Assembly: GCA_963663385.2 (NCBI GenBank)
Contig: CAXXXD010000002.1
Span: forward strand, 1,280,001 to 1,344,000
Reading direction: 5' to 3'
From: Oceanispirochaeta sp.
Lineage (GTDB): Bacteria; Spirochaetota; Spirochaetia; DSM-2461
Length of the DNA stretch: 64,000 bases
Shown here: positions 11,008 to 20,565 of the stretch, in pieces
Numbering within the stretch: the stretch's first letter is position 1
How the letters are laid out: every line of letters starts with the position of its first letter
Notes under the pieces: model-generated
Seen by the model: the letters and a program-made list of their open reading frames with translations, nothing else
What the model was told of the DNA's origin: nothing
Databases searched by the model: none
Made by a program: the position numbers and the translations under genes

Positions 11008-11978
11008 ATATAAGACAAAGACTTAATCGGATTAGTATCCTGACCATCACGATAACCCTGTTCATCATCCTTTATCTTGGGGGGATTATGCGGTACGGTT
11101 TTAATGTATCCACCTTTCTCAATCTTTTTAACGATAATGCTTTTCTTGTAATTGCTACGGTGGGGATTTTTTTTGTCCTTCTGACCGGCGGGATTGATAT
11201 TTCCATATCTTCGGTTCTGGCTTTTACCTGTGTACTTTCTGCCTATATGCTGCAGAACGGTCATTCTCCCTATTTTATAATGCCGCTGGTATTGTTCATT
11301 GGGTTTACCTTTGGTGCCCTTCAGGGATTTCTGATTGTTCATTTCAAGCTGCAGCCCTTTATTGTGACACTGGCAGGCTTATTCTCAATGAGAGCTCTCT
11401 GTTCGGTAATCAGCAAGGCAGCCATACCAATCAAGGATCCCTTCTATCTGAAAATCGCACTGGCAAAATTCCGTTTCAAACTGGGAGGACATAATGCCAA
11501 ACTCTACTACTATGCAATCCTGGCGCTAATAGTTGTTCTTATCGCGGCTTATGTGCTCAGATTTTCCAAATTCGGAAGAACCGTTTACGCTGTAGGGGGA
11601 AATGAGCTTTCAGCCTCCCTTATGGGGCTTCCCGTTAAGCGGACAAAAATCCTGGTCTATGCCATTTCAGGTTTCTGCGCATCCCTGGGAGGTGTTCTTT
11701 ACAGCCTCTATACTCTGGCCGGCTATTCACTGCAGAATCTGGGGCTGGAACTTGATGCTATTTCGTCCGCGGTTATTGGTGGAACTCTTCTTACTGGTGG
11801 TGTCGGATCTGTGTTCGGAGCCATGATCGGCGTTCTGATACAGGGGTTGATACAAACGGTGGTAACCTATCAGAATCTGAATACCTGGTGGACGAAAGTA
11901 ACTATTGCCGGACTCTTATTTCTGTTTATCGTTATTCAACGACTTATGGCGGTAAAAAACCATCAGGTTAAAACATAA
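11004..11978 (+). CDS. yjfF: Sugar ABC transporter permease
   Basis: NLFNDNAFL, ELDAISSAVIGGTLLTGG, WWTK...LLFLFIVIQR. Confidence 0.85.
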   Translation: MNIRQRLNRISILTITITLFIILYLGGIMRYGFNVSTFLNLFNDNAFLVIATVGIFFVLLTGGIDISISSVLAFTCVLSAYMLQNGHSPYFIMPLVLFIGFTFGALQGFLIVHFKLQPFIVTLAGLFSMRALCSVISKAAIPIKDPFYLKIALAKFRFKLGGHNAKLYYYAILALIVVLIAAYVLRFSKFGRTVYAVGGNELSASLMGLPVKRTKILVYAISGFCASLGGVLYSLYTLAGYSLQNLGLELDAISSAVIGGTLLTGGVGSVFGAMIGVLIQGLIQTVVTYQNLNTWWTKVTIAGLLFLFIVIQRLMAVKNHQVKT

Positions 11979-12041
11979 CTTTACAAATTTTACCGGATAA
12001 CCTTACTATGGAGAAGCAAATTCAAGGAGGATTACCGTATC

Positions 12042-13820
12042 TTGAAGGAAATTCTGAATCTGTTTATGAACCAGCGGCTTCGAACAAAACTGATGTTTTC
12101 TTTTGTTCTGGCCGCTACCGTCCCTCTTCTGATCTACACCCTGGTGACTGCCGGTTACTATCTTAAAACGGCTAGGGAAACGGCGGTAGACTATACAAGA
12201 CAGATGACAAGTCAGGTTTCCGGAAGCCTCGGGATCCATATAGATGCGATTGAGGATATGGCGGATTATCTTGCTTCCCGACGGGATATCAGGACCTTTT
12301 TAAAACAGGGCGATCTGCAGGCTCCCGGATCGGCTGAAGTGCTGCAGGATGATATGGACCGTCTGCTGCAGGCTTATCCTGATATTGCCGGGATATTAAT
12401 CACCAGTCCGGAAGACCAGTGGCTGGCTTCCGGAATATCCCGATTCAGCCGGGATTCGGTTGCCGGGGCTTCCTGGTTTTATTCTGCAGTAGGGGAACCT
12501 GAAACGGCTCATATTATCAGCTCTTCCGCTGAGCGTCGGATCTTCCTGAATGACAGATTCGGCGGTGATTCCCTGTTTTATCTGATCAGGGCTGTTACGG
12601 ATGAATCCGGGGTCCTGGGGGTAATCCTCATAGACATGACCCACAAGGTTATTGAACAGGCCATAGAGAATATCTCTATTTATGAAAAGGGATTTGTTTT
12701 TGTTTATGACAGGGAGGACAGGATTGTTTATAGCCCGGTGAATGATATCGTTTACCGGGTTGATCCCGACTGGCTTCATAAGGAAAGCGGTCCCGTTACT
12801 GCAGCAATAGGAGGGGAAACGTATCAGATTGAAAGTTCTGTAATGGATCGAACCGGATGGAAGGTTATCGGTGTTTTCTCGGTCGATGAAATTCAGGGGG
12901 ACTTGAAGCAGGCTATTTATATATTGACTGCTGTCAGTATCCTCCTTATGTTCTTTTTCTTTCTGATATTTGCTTTCTTAACAAAAAGTCTGGTAGAGCC
13001 GATTTTGAATCTGCAGAATCTGATGAGTTCTGCAGCAGGCGGAAATCTCGATGTCCGTTTTTATGGGCATTATAATGATGAAGTGGGTGATCTCGGGCAG
13101 AGCTTTAATATCATGGCTGAGGAGATTAATGAGTTAATCCGGATGGTCTATCAGGAACAGCAGGAGAGGCAGGAAGCTCAGTTGAAATCCCTTCAGGAGC
13201 AGATAAAACCTCACTTTCTATATAATACACTTGATACTATCAGCTGGATGGCCCGTGGTTACAAAGCCGGTGATATTGTCTCCTTGATTAACGCTCTGAC
13301 AACGATGTTCCGTGTTGGACTCAGTCAAGGATTGGATATTATCTCTCTAAGAGATGAGCTGTCTCATGCATCCAACTACCTGTATATTCAGGGAATCCGC
13401 TACAGTGAAAAAATACGCTACAGGATTGATGTCCCCGATGAACTGCTGGATTTAACAGTGCCCAAGCTGATTCTTCAGCCTTTAATTGAAAATGCCATCT
13501 ATCACGGCCTGAAAGCCAAAGATGAAGGTGGAACAATAAAGATTGGAGGTTCAAAGGAAGAGAACGTTCTGATTCTGACAGTGGAAGATGATGGTTTGGG
13601 TATTTCACCCGACAAGCTGAAACAGATTCGACGGACTCTGAATAGTGAAGAAAAACGGGATAGTTTTGGTCTTTTTTATGTGAGTGATCGTATCCGACTT
13701 CATTGCGGAGAGCATTACGGTATCACCGTGGAGAGTGATGAGAATATCCGGACTGTTCTTACTCTGCGCTTACCCCTGAAAAAAACCGGAGGAGGTCCTT
13801 TATGTATAAGGCAATTGTAG
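12042..13820 (+). CDS. Sensor histidine kinase, YesM/LytS-like (Cache, HAMP, His_kinase)
   Basis: QIKPHFLYNTL, LILQPLIENAIYHG, EDDGLG; two TM segments. Confidence 0.92.
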   Translation: MKEILNLFMNQRLRTKLMFSFVLAATVPLLIYTLVTAGYYLKTARETAVDYTRQMTSQVSGSLGIHIDAIEDMADYLASRRDIRTFLKQGDLQAPGSAEVLQDDMDRLLQAYPDIAGILITSPEDQWLASGISRFSRDSVAGASWFYSAVGEPETAHIISSSAERRIFLNDRFGGDSLFYLIRAVTDESGVLGVILIDMTHKVIEQAIENISIYEKGFVFVYDREDRIVYSPVNDIVYRVDPDWLHKESGPVTAAIGGETYQIESSVMDRTGWKVIGVFSVDEIQGDLKQAIYILTAVSILLMFFFFLIFAFLTKSLVEPILNLQNLMSSAAGGNLDVRFYGHYNDEVGDLGQSFNIMAEEINELIRMVYQEQQERQEAQLKSLQEQIKPHFLYNTLDTISWMARGYKAGDIVSLINALTTMFRVGLSQGLDIISLRDELSHASNYLYIQGIRYSEKIRYRIDVPDELLDLTVPKLILQPLIENAIYHGLKAKDEGGTIKIGGSKEENVLILTVEDDGLGISPDKLKQIRRTLNSEEKRDSFGLFYVSDRIRLHCGEHYGITVESDENIRTVLTLRLPLKKTGGGPLCIRQL

Positions 13821-14974
13821 CTGATGATGAGGATATTATACGAAAGGGAATTGTCAGTTTTCTGGAGGAGGATCCGGAAATCTGTGTTGTTGCGGATGCG
13901 GCGGATGGAATAGCTGCTCTTAATCAGGCCAGACGATATAGTCCCGATATAATTTTTGTAGATATCAATATGCCCAAGATGGACGGTCTGGAACTGATTC
14001 AGAAACTGAATGAGCTGGATAAGGATATTCTGGTGATTGTTATAACGGGTTATTCAGATTTTACATATGCTCAGAAGGCTCTGAGGCTGGGTGTATTTGA
14101 TCTCTTTCTGAAACCTGTAATGGAGGACCCTTTCTATGAGACTTTAGGTAAGGCCAAGACTTCCCTGGCTGATAACCGGAAACAGAATGCCCTGGCCAGG
14201 CAGCTAAGGAAGAGTGCGGATTATATTGTGGAGCGTTGTCTGAATCTGAACGCTCTGGGAATTATGTCCGATGAGGCTTGTTTAAAAGAGCTGACATATC
14301 TTGCGGAAGAACCGGTTTCCCGATGGAATCTCCTGTTTTTCTATCCCGGAAGAGTGCAGGAAGATGATGATACAGGAATCAGCCGGTTGGGGGATGAAGA
14401 GATTCCCCACTATATTCGGCGTAGTGTAAAAGATGCTCTGGAAGGGGATGCCCTCCGGATCAGTTTTATATCAAGGGACGGATACGCTGTTTTTATCGGA
14501 CCGGTGCAGGACCAGGGCGTGTTAAAAAAAATCATCCGGGATCTGTCGCTTCCGGTTGAGGTCTATCAGTGTACCCTGACGTCCCTGGATGATATACCGC
14601 GTCTGTATAGGGAATCCCTTGATAAAATAGCCGGTTTATCCAGTTTTTCCCCGGCTATACAGTCCTCGATCAGTTATATCAGGGATCATTATCGAGATCC
14701 CCTTCTTTCTCTGGCAAGGCTTAGTGAGGTTTGCCATATCAGTCCGGGGTATCTGGGAAGGCTTTTTAAACAGGAGCTTCACAGTACACCCATGGATTAT
14801 CTGAGCCGGTACAGAATAGATAAGGCGGCAGCCCTCCTGACTAACCCCGATTTGAAAATCTATGAAGTGGCGGAACAGGTTGGATTTACCAGTCAGCACT
14901 ATTTCTGCCATGCTTTTAAAAAGATTATGGGGCAACCTCCGAAAGAGTACAGAAAGGAGCTTACGGTTATATGA
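13802..14974 (+). CDS. Response regulator, YesN-like (REC plus AraC HTH)
   Basis: ADDE...DINMPKMDG receiver; C-terminal YLGRLFK...IYEVAEQVGF...YFCHAFKK. Confidence 0.92.
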   Translation: MYKAIVADDEDIIRKGIVSFLEEDPEICVVADAADGIAALNQARRYSPDIIFVDINMPKMDGLELIQKLNELDKDILVIVITGYSDFTYAQKALRLGVFDLFLKPVMEDPFYETLGKAKTSLADNRKQNALARQLRKSADYIVERCLNLNALGIMSDEACLKELTYLAEEPVSRWNLLFFYPGRVQEDDDTGISRLGDEEIPHYIRRSVKDALEGDALRISFISRDGYAVFIGPVQDQGVLKKIIRDLSLPVEVYQCTLTSLDDIPRLYRESLDKIAGLSSFSPAIQSSISYIRDHYRDPLLSLARLSEVCHISPGYLGRLFKQELHSTPMDYLSRYRIDKAAALLTNPDLKIYEVAEQVGFTSQHYFCHAFKKIMGQPPKEYRKELTVI

Positions 14975-16833
14975 ATCTGAAACAAACGTTACTCTTTATC
15001 TGCTGTATCATTCTGTTTTTCTCCTGTCGGCAGGATAGGGAGGAGGTCGAGTTTCTTATCGGTGTGTCCAACTCCAGTATGCAGGAACAGTGGCGGGTTG
15101 TACTGAATCGTGAACTGAAGGAGGAAGCTGACAGACTGGATAATGTATCAATTGTGTTTGCAGATGCCGCATCCAGTGCGGATAAGCAGATATTCGATAT
15201 TGATCGTCTGATGGGATACGGTATTGATCTGCTGATTGTTTCACCCAGTGATACGGCCCGGCTTGCTGCCGTAATCAGTGATGTGTATCAGAAAATTCCT
15301 GTTATTATTCTGGATCGGGTCGTAGATGGTTTTGATTATACCCTGTTTATCGGTCCGGATAATGAGAACATCGGCCGTCTGGGCGGTAGAGCGCTGAATA
15401 CCGTATTGGGTGAAGACGGCGGGTATGTTCTGGAAGTATCCATGCCCGGGGAATTGTTGACAAGCCGCGGTAGAAGCCGGGGCCTTCGCCGGGAACTGGA
15501 TAAGAAATTCCCGGGTATCCATATTCTTGATACACTCTACACGGATTCGGACTTGAGAAAGGATGCCAAAGATCAGGCGGAAGATCTCCTTGTTGAATTT
15601 GAAAAGGAAAACCATTTATTAAAGGATATTGATGCCATCTATACCCATAGTGACGGCCTTTCTCTAGGGGTCTCCCGGGCTCTGATCCGCCTTGAACGTA
15701 CAGATATACCCGTTATCGGAACTGACGGATATGAGGGGGAAAACGGCGGACTGGAAATGCTTAGAAAAGGTCTTGTCCGGGAAGTTGTGGTCAGCAGTAC
15801 AGGGGGCCGTGAAGCCATGCGTTATGCCATGGATATCCTTAACAGAAAAAGCGGAGTTCCCAAGCAGGTAATTTTAAAAAGCCGCATCGTTACAAAGAAT
15901 ACTCTGGATGAGTATTACTCCGATCTGAACCGGAAGCTGCGTAAAATTGATCATCCAATCCGTCTTGGTTATTCTCAGGTGGGAAGCGAAAGCCAATGGC
16001 GCATCAGCAATACAAAATCTATTATTCAGGCAGCCAAGGAATTTGGAATTGAACTGCTCTACAGGGACGCCGATCAGGATCAGGAGAGACAGAAAGAGCA
16101 TCTAAGGGAGTTTATCACAGAAGGAGTGGATGTCATACTTCTCTCTCCCATTGTAGAAGACGGGTACAATCAGGTTCTGGAAGATGCAAAAAGAGCGGGT
16201 ATTCCGGTTCTGTTATCCGATCGCAAAGTGGATACGGGAGATGAGGAGTTGTACTCTACATTTATCGGGGGAGATTTCAAAGAGGAGGGACGGAGGGCCG
16301 CCCGGTGGATCCTTTCTGAATATTTAGATGATCCGGCTGATATTCTGGAGCTGCAGGGTACTCCGGGAGCAACTCCTACTGTTGAAAGACGGGAAGGGTT
16401 TCTCGACATTATTGAAAATCAGAACATTCATGTAATCAGGGCATCTCTTTTGGGGAATTATACATACGCGGCAGGATACAGTTTGACCGCCGATTACCTT
16501 TCCAGATCCGGATTGTCTTCGGTTGATGTGATTTTCGCTCACAATGACGATATGATTATTGGCGCTATAGATGCAGTAAAGGAAGCCGGCCTGAAGCCCG
16601 GATCGGATATAAAATTTGTTTCCATAGACGGGACAAAAGATGCCATGATCGCCCTGGATAAAGGGGAGATGAATTTTCTTGTGGAGTGTACGCCTCTGCT
16701 TGGCAATCAGGTGATGAGGGCTGTTACGGATCTGATGGAAGGAAAAAGTCTTCCCATGCGGATTGTTACCGATGAACGGACTTTTACCCCGGAACAGGTT
16801 ACTGAATCCCTTATCAGGAGTCGTACCTATTAA
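14971..16833 (+). CDS. Lipoprotein with two tandem type-I sugar-binding domains
   Basis: Lipobox ILFFSC; first domain IGVSNSSMQEQWR...; second YtfQ-like domain LGYSQVGSESQWR...VECTPLLG. Confidence 0.85.
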   Translation: MNLKQTLLFICCIILFFSCRQDREEVEFLIGVSNSSMQEQWRVVLNRELKEEADRLDNVSIVFADAASSADKQIFDIDRLMGYGIDLLIVSPSDTARLAAVISDVYQKIPVIILDRVVDGFDYTLFIGPDNENIGRLGGRALNTVLGEDGGYVLEVSMPGELLTSRGRSRGLRRELDKKFPGIHILDTLYTDSDLRKDAKDQAEDLLVEFEKENHLLKDIDAIYTHSDGLSLGVSRALIRLERTDIPVIGTDGYEGENGGLEMLRKGLVREVVVSSTGGREAMRYAMDILNRKSGVPKQVILKSRIVTKNTLDEYYSDLNRKLRKIDHPIRLGYSQVGSESQWRISNTKSIIQAAKEFGIELLYRDADQDQERQKEHLREFITEGVDVILLSPIVEDGYNQVLEDAKRAGIPVLLSDRKVDTGDEELYSTFIGGDFKEEGRRAARWILSEYLDDPADILELQGTPGATPTVERREGFLDIIENQNIHVIRASLLGNYTYAAGYSLTADYLSRSGLSSVDVIFAHNDDMIIGAIDAVKEAGLKPGSDIKFVSIDGTKDAMIALDKGEMNFLVECTPLLGNQVMRAVTDLMEGKSLPMRIVTDERTFTPEQVTESLIRSRTY

Positions 16834-16976
16834 GTGGAATCTTTCCGTGACTGGGGCTGAAGCTGATACGAGGGAAACCGTTTTATTAATCCATTTGTGA
16901 TAATCTCTACGGGCAGTTCCTGTAAAAATCCCTTATAATTCAAGTTGGAAAAGTGATTTGAATCGGGAGGTGTGCT

Positions 16977-17345
16977 GTGAAACATCATACAATGGATAAT
17001 CTGATCAAGCTGGAAGAGGTCGGGCTCTTTATTCTGACCATCTACCTTTTCAGCCTTCTGAAATACCCCTGGTGGCTCTTTCCCCTGGTACTGTTTCTAC
17101 CGGATGTGAGTATTCTGGGCTATATGGCCAGTGATATTACAGGGGCCTATATCTATAATTTCCTGCATCACCGGGGCATTGCCGTTATTGTTTATCTCGC
17201 CGGGATCCTGACATCCCAACCGGTTATGGCTCTGATCGGACTGATTATTTTTGCCCACTCTTCACTGGACAGGATATTCGGTTACGGGATGAAGCATACA
17301 AGCGGGTTTAAGGATACCCATCTGGGAAAGATAGGGAAGGGCTGA
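16977..17345 (+). CDS. DUF4260-like small membrane protein
   Basis: LIKLEE...PDVSILGY...YNFLHH...HSSLDRIFGYGMK...FKDTHLG pattern. Confidence 0.8.
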   Translation: MKHHTMDNLIKLEEVGLFILTIYLFSLLKYPWWLFPLVLFLPDVSILGYMASDITGAYIYNFLHHRGIAVIVYLAGILTSQPVMALIGLIIFAHSSLDRIFGYGMKHTSGFKDTHLGKIGKG

Positions 17346-17376
17346 CCCCGGAGAAGGTTCCTGATAAAATAGGGGC

Positions 17377-18213
17377 ATGAGTAAAACTGATTCAGCCCTG
17401 ATGCTGCCCAAAATAATAGCTGTCGATCTGGACGGCACCCTTCTGAGAAGTGACCACTCCATCTCGGATTATACGGTGGAAACATTAAAAAAAATGGAAG
17501 GACTGGGTTGTATCCCCGTTATCAGTACGGGACGCAGTTATGAAGCCCTGTCACATATAAAAGATCGGCTGGGACTCCAGTCACCTGTTATCTGCTATAA
17601 CGGCGCTATGATCTGTGATGGTCGAAATGGTAAGATCCTTCATGAAAAACGGCTTCCTTCGGATATTTCCCGGGAGGTGCTTCATACCTGCCGGGAACGG
17701 GGAATCCATTTTCAGGGGTTCAGCGGCGGGCAGCTCTATTACGAGAAGAAAAGGGAAGAGACCGATTTTTATGAAGCCCATACCGGTTTAAGCGGCGTGA
17801 CAGTAAACTTTGATAGCTGGGATAATCTGGAATTTACCAAAGTCCTGCTGATCGGTTCTCCCGCAAGGGCAAGTCGGGAATGGCCGGAACTCCTTCAGAT
17901 TCAAAGAGAAGTGAAAGAACGATTCGGGGACAGGATTTACACAGCCTTTTCCCGTGCCATGTATCTGGAAATGATCCACGGGGACAGTTCCAAAGGGCAT
18001 GCCCTGAAGCAGCTTGGAGAAGATCTCGGGGCGAAACAGAGTGATATCATGGCATTCGGAGACGGGTTTAATGACCTTGAGATGCTGCAGTATGCGGGCG
18101 TTTCGGTAGCCATGGCGAATGCTCCGGATGGTTTGAAGGAACAGACTACCCATACAACCGTATCCAATGATGAAGACGGCCTAGCCGTTTTTCTGGAGGA
18201 GCATTTTCTTTAA
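17377..18213 (+). CDS. Cof-type HAD-IIB hydrolase
   Basis: DLDGTLL, STGR, KG...AFGDGFNDLEM. Confidence 0.92.
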   Translation: MSKTDSALMLPKIIAVDLDGTLLRSDHSISDYTVETLKKMEGLGCIPVISTGRSYEALSHIKDRLGLQSPVICYNGAMICDGRNGKILHEKRLPSDISREVLHTCRERGIHFQGFSGGQLYYEKKREETDFYEAHTGLSGVTVNFDSWDNLEFTKVLLIGSPARASREWPELLQIQREVKERFGDRIYTAFSRAMYLEMIHGDSSKGHALKQLGEDLGAKQSDIMAFGDGFNDLEMLQYAGVSVAMANAPDGLKEQTTHTTVSNDEDGLAVFLEEHFL

Positions 18214-18256
18214 TACTTCTCTATAGAATGACCGGTGAAACAAAAAAGAACGTTTA

Positions 18257-19549
18257 TTATGTATCAATGATGATATAGGCCGATACACCAATATTATTTT
18301 TAAAAAAATTGATATCAATCCAGATGTATCCGTCATTAGCCCAGTCTGTTCCCCAGCTGTTCATTGTTTTAAAACCATAGGTTTCATCGTATCCGGTAAT
18401 ACACATGGCATGGCAACCGTAGGCCGTATCGAATGAGTTCCAAACATATTCGTTGAGTGTATTTTTTATAGATGGATAACAGAAGGTCGTATCTGTCAGA
18501 ACAGAAACTATTATGGGATATCCGGAGTCCAGATAGTCTTTCATCAGCTGAATTTCACTATCCGTAAATGTATAATAATTCTGATTAATCCTGTAGTAGT
18601 TTTCAATCTTATAATTACCGGCATTTGCTATAGCTGTACTGCTTGGTTGGGTCAGGTAATCATCATCGCTATAGGGCATATCCTCCCAGGTACAAATCCC
18701 TGTATTCATTAGTAAATCTAAAGCCTTTGTAATAGAAGAACCCTCATCCTTTCCACCATTAATCTGATTGTAGATAAAAGCCGGGCTGAATATATGATCA
18801 TATTTATAGGTAAAATCTCCTGCACAGTCCTGATAACCCAGGTTCCATGCTCTGTTCTTCTTTTCAAAGTAACTTTTTGCCGCAAAACCTATGGCCCATG
18901 CCGTACAGCTTCCCTGTTGTCCCTGACTGGAAGGGATGGGAAAAGAGCTGCTTTCAATCAGGGAACGGTTTAATAATGCTCTTGTATTATCAACTTCAAC
19001 TTGCGGGGCTATGGGAATATTATTAAAAACGTCTATTGGAGGATCAATACACCCTGTCGAGTAAACATTTTCTGAGAATTCTCCTCTGTTTAATTGCCTT
19101 CCCGTATTGGGGATAGTCTCCGGGTAGTATTCCTTTTCTGTATCGATAAAGTTGATAGAAATAGATTTATCCGAATCCATAATCAGGGATGCCTTTGTAT
19201 CATCAATAACCAGAAGATCTCCATTATTCCATCCGGAAATGTTATTTTCCCAACCACAGAAGCAAATCCCTTCTCCTGAAGTAATTTGTATGGTTATTTC
19301 TTCCCCTTTCTCATATTCTTCTTTTTCTGGAGTGATATTATAAGAACCAATCCCCTCACTTTGGTTCCCAATAGAAAGTGTATAGGTCGGAAATAATCCA
19401 CAATCTTTACTGACTGACTGAAAACTATTTGCTGATTGATCTTTATTTTCGTTTTGAAACAGTTCACAGGAAATCAGTTGTATGAATGTGATCCATACAA
19501 GAATTGTGATTATTATAGAAGTGTGTTTAAGGGATTTTATTCTTTTCAT
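18257..19549 (-). CDS. Papain-like C1 family cysteine peptidase, probable lipoprotein
   Basis: QGQQGSCTAWA (catalytic Cys), GCHAMCITGYD (His), NSWGTDW (Asn); N-terminal ...QLISC; AT-rich gene. Confidence 0.88.
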   Translation of the reverse strand: MKRIKSLKHTSIIITILVWITFIQLISCELFQNENKDQSANSFQSVSKDCGLFPTYTLSIGNQSEGIGSYNITPEKEEYEKGEEITIQITSGEGICFCGWENNISGWNNGDLLVIDDTKASLIMDSDKSISINFIDTEKEYYPETIPNTGRQLNRGEFSENVYSTGCIDPPIDVFNNIPIAPQVEVDNTRALLNRSLIESSSFPIPSSQGQQGSCTAWAIGFAAKSYFEKKNRAWNLGYQDCAGDFTYKYDHIFSPAFIYNQINGGKDEGSSITKALDLLMNTGICTWEDMPYSDDDYLTQPSSTAIANAGNYKIENYYRINQNYYTFTDSEIQLMKDYLDSGYPIIVSVLTDTTFCYPSIKNTLNEYVWNSFDTAYGCHAMCITGYDETYGFKTMNSWGTDWANDGYIWIDINFFKNNIGVSAYIIIDT

Positions 19550-19631
19550 GTTTAATCCTGTAAAATATCTAAAAATAGATCAGATGCAGTTCTATTTTAA
19601 ACAGCAATTATCTATTTGTGAATAATTAGAA

Positions 19632-19868
19632 CTAATAATTCACATCTTCCGGGTAGCGGTGTCTGATGATATCCAGGACCCGGAGCATATCCACCTGGTA
19701 TTTTGAGAATACATTTATCTCTTCGTGGAGCTCCATCAGGTCCCTTCCCTGAGAAACCCCTTCCATAACATACTTAAGCTCAAAGTTGGAGAGAAGGTGT
19801 GAGATCTGCTGCCAGGTGGCCATCTGGACTTCCCTGTTCTGATTGATAATCCATTCCTGAATAGTCAT
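19632..19868 (-). CDS. Small hypothetical protein
   Basis: 78-aa ORF filling an otherwise empty region, protein-like composition. Confidence 0.55.
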   Translation of the reverse strand: MTIQEWIINQNREVQMATWQQISHLLSNFELKYVMEGVSQGRDLMELHEEINVFSKYQVDMLRVLDIIRHRYPEDVNY

Positions 19869-20070
19869 GGCTTAGAAGCATACCTCCATTTTCAGGGAGA
19901 GTACAATCCCCAGGTTCTATAATATCCATAGGCTCGGATGAATCGATCATCTCTTTATCCGGAGTCTTCATACCTCCGCCGGCATTAAATTTATTTTTGG
20001 CCATTCTATTCATCCCCGTTAATAATTGGCTTATGGTAAAGTATAGAATATAAAATCAAAGGATAAATAG

Positions 20071-20565
20071 ATGATTCCCGATTCTTTTTTAGAAGGCTTT
20101 ACAGAGCTGTGTATTGATGCTTCCAGTATTATCTACCTCCTGAAGTCAGGATTGCTGGGTTCTCTGAGTGCGGAAGTCTCTCTTGTTTCCACTCCTCAGG
20201 TAAGGGATGAAACCGGTTGGCCCCATCTTCCTGTAGAGGCTCTTCCTCTGGATGAGTCCAGATTTCCCGCGGGATCTCTCAGTAATGACGACAGCCTTGT
20301 TGCCCTTGCGGTCGAACGCCGCAGTCCCGTGCTGTCAGAGGACTATGAAATCCTTATGAATGCAAAGGAAGCCGGTCTTGAATATTATAACACCCTGATG
20401 ATGCTGAATTATCTCCTGTTAAAGGGAAGGATTGCACCGGATGAGTATCCCGAATACCTTGAACGACTGAAAGAGTGCTCCCACTACAGTTCTCATGTAC
20501 TCGAACAGGGGAATCTTGTCTATAAGGATATCCTTCAATATATTGGTAGGAATGCACGATCCTGA
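20071..20565 (+). CDS. Hypothetical protein, possible PIN-like fold
   Basis: CIDASSIIYL...E...DD...LSED acidic pattern reminiscent of PIN domains. Confidence 0.55.
   Translation: MIPDSFLEGFTELCIDASSIIYLLKSGLLGSLSAEVSLVSTPQVRDETGWPHLPVEALPLDESRFPAGSLSNDDSLVALAVERRSPVLSEDYEILMNAKEAGLEYYNTLMMLNYLLLKGRIAPDEYPEYLERLKECSHYSSHVLEQGNLVYKDILQYIGRNARS

Noticed and set aside
19780..20013. 77-aa minus-strand ORF
   Set aside because: It overlaps 19632-19868 by 89 bp in another frame, with no recognisable features; cannot be supported.
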